A stretch of DNA of 64,000 nt, from the NCBI RefSeq assembly GCF_036321535.1, contig NC_087436.1, positions 100,194,001 through 100,258,000 on the forward strand, in the 5' to 3' direction. This document shows, in pieces, positions 12,690 to 26,015 of the stretch (positions within the stretch are counted from its first letter, which is position 1; every line of letters starts with the position of its first letter). The position numbers and the translations under genes were made by a program. The notes beneath the pieces were generated by a model. The model was not told the DNA's origin and made no database searches. It was given only the letters and a program-made list of their open reading frames with translations. Source of the DNA: Camelus dromedarius. Its lineage: Eukaryota.

Positions 12690-13110
12690 GGTATCTTGAC
12701 TGGTCATGTAATAGACCCTGACTTGTGGCTAAACCAATCTGTCCTGGTCTTTTCTATCAGGTTTCTAAGGAAGAAAGTGCTCTCTTTGGAGTGAAGTGGT
12801 GAGATGTGAGTATTGAGGGATCATAATGACTACTATACATAAAGAAAGTCTGTGCACAGAATGGAAAGAGACAAAGTCCTATGATGTAGTTGAAGCCACA
12901 GGGCCCAGGCAACCCTGAAGCCTACCATATGGACTTTCCTGTTTATGGGTCAATAAAAACTACTTCACTGCATCATTCCATTGCCTCCTTCCTTCCTTCC
13001 TTCCTTCCTCCCTTCCTTCTTCTCTTCTTCCTCCTCCCAACTCCCTCATTTGATTTAAGTTAATTTTAAATTGGGTTTTTGTTACTTGCAAGCAAAGTGT
13101 CCTAAATACT
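12690..13110 (+). mobile_element. MLT1J/K-like LTR containing a (CCTT)n tract at 12984-13020
   Basis: 'cctgaagcc...tggactttcctgtttatgggtcaataaa...ttaagt...tttgttacttgcaagcaaagtgtcctaa' fits an MLT1 3' half. Confidence 0.7.
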
Positions 13111-13759
13111 AATTTATTAATCTAATATTTAATTTAGTTTCATATCTACTTTAGATCATATGCCTAGAATAGTATCTAGGAAATAAATATTACTGAACAA
13201 ATAAGTGAATTTGCTCAGGACACAATCAAATCTTAGTCACCTGCATGAATTTCTTTCCTTGTAATGCGACTTTGCATACCTCTGTTTTGATCTTAACCTC
13301 AGAAGCCCATCTTACTCTTATTACCAAGTTCTTGAGGAGAGAGTCACTGTAAACAACAATTTGATAACATTGATCAAATAATTCATAGGTGCCTAAATGT
13401 AGTATTTATTGCAAAAACTTTATAAGCACAAGCACCCTGTGCCTGGCTCTGAAGATAAAATCTTTTAGACTTTGACCTAAATGATTCTGCCAATGTTCCA
13501 TTAAGAGATTTTTCTTTTATGAAACTGTTAGAAAGTAGAGTAATGTAGAAAGATAGATTGCTATAATACAAAGGAGGAACATTTATTGAGTAACTATTGG
13601 GCATGAATTGTTGTTACGTATCCTCTAAGAAAGCTAAATTGCTAATTTCTCTATCGCCTGAAACAGAAATGAAAGATATATACATGGTTTGACACAGTAC
13701 TTTCTGCAAACAGTCTTTTCTGTGTCTATTGCATTCCATATCCATTGTCCCCAATTTGT

Positions 13760-14850
13760 AATGCGGGACCTAATTTCTTACTAATGGGAGGCTGTAAGTG
13801 GTCTTCTCACTTCCGTTCATCCAGCATTTCCCCATATTGCAATTATAATATTTCTAAAATACATATGTTAATTAATCACTCTCCAGCTTAAAGCCCTTCA
13901 ATAGCGGGGCAGTGACCTCAGGATAAATTCCTCATTCCTCTTCTCTGCCTCTTCAGCCTCCCTCTCACCACCCGGTCCTGGGCATTGCACCGTTTCAAGT
14001 GCTCCATGTGTCTGTAATGTATTTTCTTTAATATTATTTTTATTGAAGTATAGTTGGTTTTCAATATTGTGTTAATTTCTGGTCTACAGCATAATGATTC
14101 AGTTATACATATATATACTCCTTTTCATATTCTTTTTCATTATAGGCTATTACAAGATGTTGAATATAGTTCCCTGTGCTAAACAGTAGGACCTTGTTGT
14201 ATATCTACTTTATATATAGGAGTTAATACCTGCAAATCCCAAACTCTAAGTTTATTCCTCCACCCCCTCCATTTCTCCCCAACCCCGGTAACCATAAGTT
14301 TGTTTTTTAGATCTGTGAGTCTACTTCTGTTTTGTAAATAAGTACATTTGTGTCTTTTTTTTTTTTTGATTCCACATATTAGTGATATTTTTCTTTTTCT
14401 TTCTGGCTTACTTTGACTGACAAGGTCTTAATTTCCAAAATACACAAACAGCTCATAAACTCAATACAAAAAACAAACATCCCAATCCAAAAAATGGGCA
14501 AAAGACCTAAACAGACATTTCTTCAAGGAAGACAAACAAATATAAATAGCCTTTGGGCACATGAAAAAGTGCTCAGTATCACTGATTATCAGAGAAATGC
14601 AAATCAAAACTACAGTGTGGTCTGTAATGTTTTTTATGTTTCTCTCCTCCTGATCAAACATCTTTCATCATTCAGGATTCTTGTTTACCATCGTTTTTCC
14701 CATCTCAAAGTTTTTCCTCATCCCCTGTAGGTTTCTTGATGGCAAAGATTTGGAATATGACCCTGCATCCCCAGTACCTAGCACTTGGAAAACATTGAAT
14801 TAGTGTTTGTTGAGTAGGGGAATCAGTGAATCAGTGGATGAGTGGACGGA
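13760..14850 (+). mobile_element. L2 interrupted by a younger L1 (14010-14635)
   Basis: Left part 'atcactctccagcttaaagcccttcaatagc'. Right part 'tccccagtacctagcac...tgtttgttgagt', an L2 3' end. Confidence 0.7.
14026..14619 (-). mobile_element. L1 with 5' inversion: 3' UTR antisense 14026-14412, ORF2 piece sense 14413-14619
   Basis: Orientation switches at 'ctggcttact|ttgactgacaagg'. ORF 14413 reads MTDKVLISKIHKQL, which is ORF2-like. TSD gtctgtaatgt(a/t)tttt at 14010-14025 and 14620-14635. Confidence 0.92.
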
Positions 14851-17409
14851 TGATTACTGAAAAGGACTGACTTGACCTTCATCTTGGACCTTGATTCATC
14901 TCTCTGCTGTTTTTAGGTTTAGCCCTGGTTAGAGAAAAAGGACAAGATTAAATGACTCTCTGAGGCTTCATTTAGCTTTTGCCTTGAAAAGTAAATTATT
15001 TTTTTTTTGCCTTGCTCGATATCAAAATGGCTTTAATCACACCTGGAAAAAGCATAATGATTATCTATACACCTCAAAATAAAGTTATAAAAAATTCTGT
15101 CTGTTTCCTAATCTGTGTTTTCAGCTCAGCAGTGGAAAATGCAAGCCTTTTGTCATCACCAGTTTCTGTCACTGGAGATAATAGCAATGCTTGGTTAATG
15201 TTTCAAGGAAAATAAAATGAACCCACTGAGTTCTCTGTTTTATTTATTCTATTATGATATTTTATAGTATGCAATTACATTTATGGCACTATTTGTCATT
15301 AAGTAATACACCATAAGTGATGTGACAGGGCTTGAAATAATGAGCAAATATAAATATAATATTTTAGCTGTTTTAACGTCAAATTTAGGATTAGAAAGCA
15401 CACTAAGTCATCTGAAGGTGGAATTTCGGGAGGATACTGATTCAAACAAACAAAATTGGAAAGTTCTAGAGAGAAAACGTGTTCTCAGGTGCCTTTAAGC
15501 AGGTTAACCTAATAATCATGTTGTCCATTCTGATTAATCGTAGAGGATTTAAATGTATTTGCTAAAATACTATAAAATATTAATGCTATTTTCTCCCCAA
15601 AACAACTTTCAAAATATCTCTGTGCCATTAAGCATTTCAAAAGTATTGTTATTTCAGCATATTTAAAGTACTTTATATCTGTGCTTATGCTTTTACTTTT
15701 GTTGTTGTTCACAAGAGCTAAAGGAAGAATTTCTTTACAATTAGCACTCTGTATCACCAATCATGATAGTCCTCAAATTGTCTAGTTTTCTTCTTGACAC
15801 TCAATTCGTAACTGAATGTAAAAGAGATTATTCCTTCTCCTGAGATTATTCTGAGAGCCAGCAAGCTGCACAAGGTGCTCCCTGACCCACTCTGGGAGGT
15901 CATCTGCTAGGTTTATGTTGGGGATGCTTTGTCCATTAGTAACACTGCTTTCATGCAGTTGTTATAAGAGAAACCTGCCTGGGTTGTCTCTGTTAATTGA
16001 CTAAATTCTGTGACTTCTATTTTCATATATATTATTTAAAGAGGAGAGGAGGTTTAATCAGATTGAACAGAATATCTCTTCTTATTTCATAACTGTATAC
16101 CAATTTTGCTTCTTTGAATCTCAGCCTTCCTAATTTAAAAGGGTTGGAGGAGGGGTATTGCTACCTTAAACTGGACACTTAAATGATGTAACACCCTAGG
16201 GACAATGGACACTTAACATGTACTAATCACCTCTGCAGATTGTGTCTTAGAGGTAACTCTATCCCACGTATTTTAAAGTTCTAGCCACAGTCTGTAAGTT
16301 TCAGCCAGGTCTTTAGAATACTATTTCATGCGATGAAAAAGGGGCAAGTCAAAAAAACTACATAGATGGATGTGTGTCAGCTTCAATAGGCCTGTCTTTC
16401 TCCTGTGTCTATGTAGCTCTGCACCCCTAACTCAACTTTTTCTTTAATTCTTGCTGCTTAATGCTGCCTTAACTCAGACTTCCAAGAGCATAGCAAGTTT
16501 TGGACACATTCTCTTCATTCCTCCTAAAAGGAGACGTTTAAGATTGCAAGTGAAGGGAAAATGTTAGGAGTTTTTTTTAAAAATATTTATTAGAAACTTA
16601 ACTGGAGATATCTAGTAGGGAATTTGACCTGTAACTCTGCCCTGACACCCAAGATTGCATCAGAACTCCAAGAGAAGCAACGCTTTCAGCCAAAATTAGG
16701 AGTTTCTGATGGTGAAAGCTCTGTGGTGATGACTAACCAATGGGGATGATAGCTTGGAACGGAGGGCATGTTAATTGCACCTCCCAAGTTCTACCGTGTA
16801 AATGAGTTCACCTCCATGTCATCTTCTCATTCCCTGTAAGGGTCCTCTTCGCAGGTCAAGAACAGATTTAAAATGAAAATTCAGTCTTGGGGTCTCCTGG
16901 GAAAATGGCTCATAATTTTAATGCCTTTTTATATTTATCTAAGACCTATTTTCTAAAAACTTTATGGCATATGGAAGAAAAAAAGAAAAGAAAAAGGAAG
17001 ACTCAACATTAGTTATTAAATTGCCTCATATCAGAAGACAAGCTTCTAGAGTCCAAGTTTTTAGCTGTTTTTTTGTTTGTTTATTTGTTTTTTTGTGAGT
17101 GATTATCCTAAGTAGGGGCTGAATATTTTTCAAATAAATATATGTATTTTTAAATTTGTCACTTATTTAGAAAATAATCTTTATTTAGGGAAATGCATTA
17201 ATAGCTACTAACTTTCACTTAAAAACTTTAGCTTGTCGAGTTTTCAGGTTTTCTTTTATAGGTAACCTTAGAGTATCAATTAAGTGCATCTCACCTGCAG
17301 GTTAATTTAAACAGATTGAAGGAAAAGAAATTTACTGGTTCATATTTATAGGCTTAAGATATTATAACTGGATTCATTAACTCAAAAATTATCTTATTTC
17401 CTGCTTTTA

Positions 17410-17600
17410 GGTCTTCTGCCCTTTGTCTGTGCTCCAGATGGTAGCTTCTCACAAATATAGGCTTCATATTTATACCCAGAAAAAAAATGACTCTATTCCA
17501 ACAATCCCAGCAAGAATCTTAATATATACCCCTAATGCTTGTTGGATTACATGTCTGTCTCTGGAGCAAAGTGGTCAGAACTGAGTCATTAAAAGGAGCA
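17410..17600 (-). mobile_element. Old MLT1 (K/L-like) fragment
   Basis: 'atcccagcaagaatc...ggattacatgtctgtctctggagcaa' resembles the pattern but is highly diverged. Confidence 0.4.
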
Positions 17601-18127
17601 TGAAAGTATGATGAATAGTTAAAAAACAATCTTCACAACAAATTAAGTGGATTATTGCAACACAATTTTGTGCCAGTAATCTAAATATGTCCATATACAT
17701 ATATATATGTTAAGAAGCATACTGTATTCTTAGAAATATGAATGATTTGTGATTTTCTTACTAAAGCAGATATGTGCTAACCAAACTGTCCCAACTTACC
17801 CTAAATGTGCTTATATAGTAACAGTTTTTTATCATGTTATTTTTTCACGAGATATTTACAGAGAGGAAATAAGAAATTCTAAATTAAATATGAGAAACAA
17901 AACAAAACTAAAATCTCAGAGACAGTGATATATATATCATATATGTATCATATATATATGATCAGTTCCTTTTTAGCAAGTTACAGTTATCTAAACATCT
18001 ATTTGATCATGGTGTTCTATTCAAAAATAACTGTACTGAAATCTAAAGAAAATGAAATATCATTGATATTCACTCGATTTTCAAGTTTATTTTCTGCCAG
18101 AGAATATGTTTTAAAAACAGTGCTATG

Positions 18128-18218
18128 CATATGTATGACTGAAACACTATGCTGTACACCAGAAATTGATGCAACACTGTAAACTGACTATACTTCAATA
18201 AAGAAAAAAGAAAAAAAA
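18128..18218 (+). mobile_element. ~90-bp extreme 3' end of L1 with A-tail
   Basis: 'tgtatgactgaaacactatgctgtacaccagaaattgat...tatacttcaataaagaaaaaagaaaaaaaa'. Imperfect TSD (aaaaacagtgctatgc / aaaaaaatgctttgc) follows a tttt|aaaa site. Confidence 0.88.
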
Positions 18219-19116
18219 TGCTTTGCTATCCTTTGAGTTTTTAAACATTCTTTAATGAAAAGATGAATCTATATTTCCAAATGTATAATGATAAATTTCT
18301 GAAAATAGCAAATAAATAAATCCTTTGCTATATGATGTATACTTACAAAGTATATTGAAAAGTTTGAGTGAAATAATCCAAATTACTAAGAAGATATATG
18401 TCACATTCAACAAATTGGTCATCCCAATTTTATCCAAGTAAATTTTGTGTATTTCTTATAACTCTACATTTGGAGCAAAATTTTAAATTTCCTTCGATAT
18501 TTTTGTAATATCAAAGGATAGAGTGTTAGCTTGGTTTAAGTAAAATCTTTGATTTAGAAGGCCCAGAATTAGTGAGGGAAAAAATCAAACATTTTTCATA
18601 TACTCAAAAAAAAAAAAAAGCCCACAAAGAAATTGTTACACAATTTTAACAGTTTTATAATTAAAATGTTATTATTTACTGAAAGGACTTGCAATGGAAC
18701 ATTGGATAAACAAATAAAAAGGGGAGATAGACTACAGAAATGAATAAATAAATAAAGTTGATTATTGGAACTTTAGAATAGAAGAAGTATTGGTAAAAAT
18801 GATATCTTCACTCAGGGACATTCCCATCAATGGAATGGCAAGGTACAGATTTGACCAAGATACTGCATCTTCTAACACGGCAGTAATAAAAATAATAATA
18901 ATTATGAGGTGATAATTACAGCAACACACATAGTACTTCACAGAACAATTCAGTGCACTGGAAGTACAGTGAAAATACCAAATGCTATGGAGAACATTAT
19001 AGCCTTCCGAAGTGCTCAAATGAGTGTCAAGTTTAAGATTTAAAACAGAAGACTTTAAAATATTTATTTGACAGAATTTGCTGTATGTTGGTACATTATT
19101 CACTCATTCTCAAAAA

Positions 19117-19117
<1 letters not shown>

Positions 19118-19170
<53 letters not shown>
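19118..19170. repeat. (AAT)n microsatellite, ~17 units
   Basis: Read directly. Confidence 0.95.
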
Positions 19171-19173
<3 letters not shown>

Positions 19174-19384
19174 CAGCCAGTGCTAACTTAACTCATAGGT
19201 ATTTTATTTAAAGTTAAACTTTTAAAAATGGGGAGTGATATAACTTTTTTATTGTCACCATTGTCAGAATGATTAAAATGTATATATTTTTTCACATACC
19301 AATAGAGGTCCAAGAGAAGGGACCTTTTCAATTTTTTTTTAATTTGTCAGGATATGTATAATAATGGCAGATTTTAAAAATCAA

Positions 19385-20300
19385 AAACAGTCTCAGACAT
19401 AAATCACAGCAATATATTTTTTGAACCATCTCCTGGAGTAATGGAAATAAAAGCAAAAATAAACAAATGGGATCTAATTAAACTTAAAAGTTTTTTCACA
19501 GCTAAGTATACCATCAACAAAATGAAAAGACAACCTACAGAATGAGAGAAAATATTTGTAAATGATATGACCAACAAGGGAAAATTTCCAAAGTATATAA
19601 ATGACTTGTACACCTTAATATCAAAAAGACAAGCAATCCAATCCAATCCAAAAATTGTCAGAAGACCTAAACAAGCAATTCTCCATGAAGATATACAAAT
19701 GTTCAACAGGCACATGAAGAAATGCTCAGCATTGCTAATTATCAGAGAAATGCAGATCAAAACTGCAGTGAGATATCACCTCACACCAGCCAGAAGGGCC
19801 ATCATTAAAAAGCTTACAAAAGGTAGAGGATGGGAAGGGTGTGGAGAAAAGGGAACCCTCCTATACCACTGGTGGGAGTGTAGATTGGTACAGCCACTAT
19901 GGAGGACAGTATGGAGGTTCCTTAAAAAACTGAAAATAGACTTACCATATGATCCAGCAGTCCCACTCCTGGGGATATATCCAGAGGGAACCTTAATTCA
20001 AAAAGACTCTTGGACTCCAGTGTTCATAGTAGCACTATTTACAATAGCCAAGACATAGAAACAACCCAAATGTCCATCAACAGATGAATGGATAAAGAAG
20101 ATGTGGTACATATATACAGTGGAACACTAGTCAGCCATAAAAAAGAATAAAATAATGCCATTTGCAGCAACATGGATGGACCTGGAGATCATCAGTCTAG
20201 GTGAAGTGGGCTGGAAAGAGAAAGAAGAATGCCATATGATATCACTTATATGTGGAATCTAAAAAAATAAAAAATAAATAAGAGCAAAAATGAACTACTT
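19385..20300 (+). mobile_element. L1 fragment: decayed ORF2 C-terminus plus partial 3' UTR
   Basis: ORF 19567-20058 translates to '[57 protein letters not shown]', the L1 ORF2 cysteine-rich region, with stops and substitutions. Confidence 0.95.
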
Positions 20301-22869
20301 ATTATTTATAACTTAGATGATTGATTTCTTGAATATGTGTAAGCGCATTTGATTGTCCTTTATGATTGGATTACTGCATTCTGTTGATTTATTTTATGAT
20401 TGGCTGTATTCCTTTGATAACTATGTAAGTTTAAAAAACTAAAACTCTAATCTGTTCTCAGAAACAATGATCAGTACATATATGTAAACTAAAAAAAAGT
20501 GTAGTATATTGTATATATATATTTACATGCAATATAATGTATACAGGCAGTCAAAAACCAAACAAACAAAATAACAGTGTTTGCCTGCAGCAAACAAGGG
20601 ATTCAAAAGATACATGTAGAATTTAAAGAAGTGGTTATTAATATCTATGGATTGATTATTTTATTTTATTTTAATCTCTTATTTATACTTATTCTAAACC
20701 AATGAACATTTTTATGTCTACTGAAGTTAAAATGTTTGATCATATCAAGATGCCATTAACAAACTGGATATATGAAAGTCTGGATTGACAAAAACAAAAT
20801 TAATTTTTATAATTTTTCAAAAGTCTTTGTCATTGCATTTAAAAAGAATTGTTAGTGTCTTTAAAGTAGTTTTAGTTTATTTAAAAATTATTTCAAAATA
20901 GTTTTTTAAAATTCCATAAACTGAAATACATGGCTATGAGTGTATTTTCCTATAAACAAGCTGTATCTTCACTGTTCAAGAGGCAACCCAGGCTGGATTT
21001 TGATTAGGATTTTTTGCATTTGCTATTGCAGAACACTGAAAGTATCAAGGAGTTGTGCAACTCTGCATTTGAGGTACAATATAACTACTTTTCTGGGGGT
21101 AAAGGAAATATGTATTAGTAAGATAAATCTTGAAAGTAAAATCTGCATAGGAATTTCTTCCATATCACCCAAACCATGAACTTTCTCCCCTGCTCCACTG
21201 TTATTAAAAACAGCTTATTCCAACAACAACAACAAAAGTTTCATTTATCAAAATAAAGGACAGCTGATGCAATCAGCAGCTGTTGGTTGATCATCTGGAA
21301 GAATAAAAGGATTATATTTATAGGAGAAGAAATAATGTGTTATTTTCCCAAACTATAACACAGTTTCATATTTTTAGAATTGTTTATAACCTGCTGAGTA
21401 ATTTTGAAGATGGTTATGACTGAAAATAAAATGGCATTTAAAAATAGATTATATAAATTTAAATTTATTATTTTGCATGTATGTTGAAGTGGTATAATCT
21501 TTTTAATGTGACTACGGTTATTAATATAAGTATTAAATCAGTTAAATTAAAATTTAATATTTTAAAATGCATTCTACATTGACTATTATGCTAGCTCTTG
21601 TCTACATATAAGCTTTAATCAATAGGTGTGGGTACCATGGAGTATTTGTTTTTATCCTTTTATGTATATTTACTATTGATTTATGTGTCTTTGCATGTTG
21701 AATCTCCATTCAATATGAAAAAAGTTAAACTAAACATAAAGCTAAGATAATTGTAACCACAAAGAAGGGATCCAAAATAACCTATTGAGTGAATATCTAA
21801 ATAAGAATACTTATAGACATCATCAAATGTTTTTTAAATAACTTTCAAGGTGATAGTAACAGTTTAAACTTTATTTCTTATAAAATATGTTCATTCAGAT
21901 ACATGCCTAATGTCTGTATTCGAATAATTAAATTCCTATTAAGAATTGATGAGAGGGGCAGAGAAGAAAATGGAACATGTCTGGTAACACTATCCCCAGA
22001 AGTAAAAATGCACAAGTACTAATACGGTTTTTGGTTGTTTAGGAGAACCTCTCCTATCAATGTCTTGTGACTAACAAAAGTAGGTTATTGCAAAAAAAAT
22101 AACAAAGTGAGGAATCCCAGTCTATGAAACAAAATTTACTAAAAGAGTGTATTTTAAGTTCACACACGGAAATGTACTTCCATTTACCAATATTTTAATA
22201 GAAAATAAAGGACTTCTTTCTTAGAAAGGTAAAAACTTGAATTTAAAACCACACTGATGGATGCTTTGTGACTTTTAACTTTTCATTCCAGTTGTTTTCA
22301 TTGTCTTCTCCAAACTTCATGCTAGAATATTTTAATAAATCATCTTTATCAAGTCTTTCCAAGCTTCTACTTCCTGTGTGATGCATCTTAACTATAAGCA
22401 GTTGAAATTCTTTTTCTCAACACATCATACATCTTCATACATCTTCATGTCTACAACGCCAACACATGATGATCCTTATTCCTAAGGTCCATATGTCTCT
22501 GAATCTCGTTTGGTGAGTGGCATCAACTTGTTGGCTAATAAGCACGACTTGTTATTTCTCTTTCAATTACTATAATGAATTATGTAATTTAAAAAATTTC
22601 CACTGGTAGAATCTTCTTACTAATATCTTCAACTGATTCTACTTTCATTATTATTATAACATACTATGTTACCATAATCATTGCTTTTAATTTTAATTCC
22701 TTACTATCTAATTTAAAGCACAGGGTCTCCTAATACTTCCTTTCCTTCACGTCAATAATTGATGCGCTGCCAGTTTGTTGTGAAGGAGTTTGCTTGCTTT
22801 ACACAGACCCCTCCCACGTTATTCAGGCCTCATATGAGCCTCATTTTCCACTGGAGAGGAATTGAAGGC

Positions 22870-22975
22870 AAAATATTTGGTCTGTTCTGTTCACTATCAT
22901 TAGCATCCAGAAAAATACCTGGCACATATTAAATACTCAATAAATACTGACTTAATAAATAAAATAAATAAAACA
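22870..22975 (+). mobile_element. L2 3' end
   Basis: 'tgttctgttcact...cctggcacatattaaatactcaataaatac'. Confidence 0.75.
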
Positions 22976-23164
22976 ATAATCAAGTTTTTCACAACCTTTA
23001 TAGATTATCAATATAGTTGGTTGTGAATATGTAGTTAATTAACAAATATTCCACTGATTTGAATGATTATTGTTGCTCACTAAGACATAAACACTTTGGA
23101 TGGCATATTACATTTTTCCCCTCTTTTTTTTTTCAGTACTAAGAATTGTATTAGACATTAAAAA

Positions 23165-23607
23165 AATTATTAAAGTATAGTTGATTTACAATGTTAGTTT
23201 CAGATGTACAGCAAAGTGTTTCAATTATACATATATATATACATTACTTTATTTTCATATTCTTTTCCATTATATGTTATTACAAGAAATTGAATATAAT
23301 TCCCTGTACTATACAGTAGGCCCTTGTTGTTTATCTATTTTATATATAGTAATGAGTGTCTATCAATCCCCACCCCCTAATTTATCCCTCCCTGCCCTTT
23401 CCCCTTTTGTAACCATAGTTTGTTTTCTATGTCCGTGAGTCTGTTTTTGGTTTGTAAATAGAATTTGTATCACTTTTTCAAGATTCCACATCTAAGTGAT
23501 ATTGTATGATATTTGTCTTTCTCAGCTTACTTCACTCAATATGATAATCTTTAGGTCTATCCATGTTGCTGCAAGTGGCATTATTCCATTTTTTTTGTGG
23601 CTAAGTA
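23165..23607 (-). mobile_element. 5'-truncated L1 (3' UTR)
   Basis: 'aagtatagttgatttacaatgttagtttcag...ccatgttgctgcaagtggcatt'. Candidate TSD tattagaca at 23149-23157 and 23608-23616. Confidence 0.9.
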
Positions 23608-25719
23608 TATTAGACAACATTTTAATTGATGATTAAAAAAAGGGCTTCCTTACTGTGTTTAGTAGGAGCAAAAGGTTCATATCAACAACATGATTACTGT
23701 GGTATTAGGCTTATAATAAGTAATACACTCAAGAAATACACCAAATTTTTACGAAGTTTATTGACATTAAGCAATTGGATTTTTTTCTTTAAATATTTAA
23801 ATTCACAGTATTTTCCTTTGTGTTAATTAAGTAGTTACAGCATAAAGATTGCTGTGAACTGAATATATGTATAATAAATTCTCAACAAATAAGCATTGTT
23901 ACTCCTTTAATTCATTTCTCTTGGGATGAAAATAGAAGTCACATATTTAATAACGTCTGACTTTCACAAGTGTAATAAAATAGAATTGGAGCTTGTAATC
24001 ACATTCTTTTCAGAATTTATTTCACGTTTACTGAAAACAAAATAACCCTTCTCTACAAATGTTGATCTCTAAGTATGAAAGAAAACGATGTGATAAAGGT
24101 TAGTCTTTGAAGTAAATGGAAACATATGAGTTAAATTAAACTCTCTGAGTGACACAGCCAGTGAAGCAAATAAAACCCATTAGTATGAATATATTGTGAC
24201 TCTTAATGAAAGCAGAGAAAAGAGTGACAAAATAATAGCAATAATGCAATTATACAACTGAAAAATACAGAAATATCAAAAAGGAATAAAAGTAACATAC
24301 TGTTTAATGACTTGCTAGTATTTTATAATATTTTTATATCTGTATAATCTCCAAAACAATACATTTTTGAACACATTAGGTGGTGTCCATTTTTGAATTT
24401 GAATACAAGTACAGACACTTTGTTTAGCATAGTAACCAGACTTAGTCTGTAAGTGATTATAAGAAAAAAACCAAAAGTAAATGATTTGACTATGCAAGCA
24501 AAAACTGATAGCCATTTTTATGATGGCATCCTTTCTACACTACTGTGACATAGATTTCTCTATATTCAGAGATGTATATGAATATATATACATTAACTGA
24601 TAAAAGATACCTTTATTTTAATATAATTCTATTTTGTTATGAAAAATATCTCTAAAATACAGTTCTATAGTACTATAAGTGTTTAGTTACTAAACTAAGC
24701 TATATTCTGCAGACCCAAACAAAAGTGACTGAACTGTTTATTTAAGGAATCCATATTCAGGGTGAATTGGGAGGAATATTCCAGTTAATACTGAAAACAA
24801 GGTATATTTATCTTTAAAATAAAATGGCTTATTTGATAGTTCCATTGGCCTCATATCAAGGATCTGATAAGAAACCCAGTGATCTTAACAAAGAACTCTT
24901 ATTTTGTTTAAGAAAACCTACAAAGCTGAAAAATCTCTTCAAGTTCATCATATGTATATTTCCTTCTCTTAATTTACATTTTCCAACATTTTCTTAAGTC
25001 CAAAGATGAAGAAAATGCTAGTGCAGAGGACAGAAAATTTACACTGCTTTTAATAAATTTGGAAGTTTATGTTTTACTTATAAAATTGAACCTTTGCAAT
25101 AATATATGACATAGAAATAATGCCTTAATTTCTCTTTATAGGAAACTGAGGTTTAGATATTTTAATATTCATCTTATATTCACACAGACAGTAAGTAAGA
25201 AGCTGGCTCTGAAATCATGTCTTGCCTGAATCTAAAGTTCAAATTATATCTCCTGAATTGTATTCTATCTACAGTGTTAACAATGCTCTTTTTGTCTCCA
25301 ATATCCTACAGTTACAACGTGGTCAATAAACAATGAAAGCAATGCCTGGACATGACTCTTGTCTTTAAAGGGTTTGCAGCTAATCATCAGCTTCCTTAAA
25401 TATTTGTTGGTCACAATAAATATGATACACAAGAAGTTTTTAGATTATGAAGATCTTTCTTCAAACAAGAAATAAGCATCAGGCCAAAGTGAAATGTTAA
25501 ATATGGGAACCAGAATTTCTCCTATTAAACAGCCAACCTAGACCCTGGGATTTTCTCTGAGATGCTTTGGCACTGCCCTATGGCTTTATATTTGAATATA
25601 AATTGAATATAAATTATGAACATAAAAATGAAAGATACACACACATAACTACACACACAGAGAAAGAGAAAGAGAATAAAGTAGTATCTATTTAAAAGTT
25701 AGTTGTTATTAATATTGAA

Positions 25720-26015
25720 GACATCAAAAGGTACAAACTTCCAGTTATAGGATAAATATATCCTGGAGATACAATGTAGATCATGGTGACTATAGTTAAC
25801 AATGCTAACATATAAATATATGTCATCATATATTTGAAGGTTGCTAAGAGTAGATCTTAAAAATTGTCACTACAAGAAAACAAAATGTGTAACTATGTGT
25901 GGTGATGGATGTTAATTTATTGTGGTAATCATTTTGTAATATATACCTATATCAAATCATTATGTTGTACTCCTAAAACTAATACAGTATTACATGTCAA
26001 TTACAACTCAGTAAA
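25720..26015 (+). mobile_element. Older L1 (L1MA8/9-like) 3' end
   Basis: 'aggtacaaacttccagttata...gttgctaagagtagatcttaa...gtaactatgtgtggtgatggatgttaat...atgtcaattacaactcagtaaa'. Confidence 0.85.

Noticed and set aside
19567..20058. 163-aa ORF as a host gene
   Set aside because: It is a decayed L1 ORF2 C-terminal fragment with a disrupted cysteine motif and in-frame stops nearby.
23113..23140. Strong polypyrimidine-CAG acceptor (similar ones near 8550 and 17410)
   Set aside because: No paired donor or coding frame; such tracts are common in T-rich intronic DNA.
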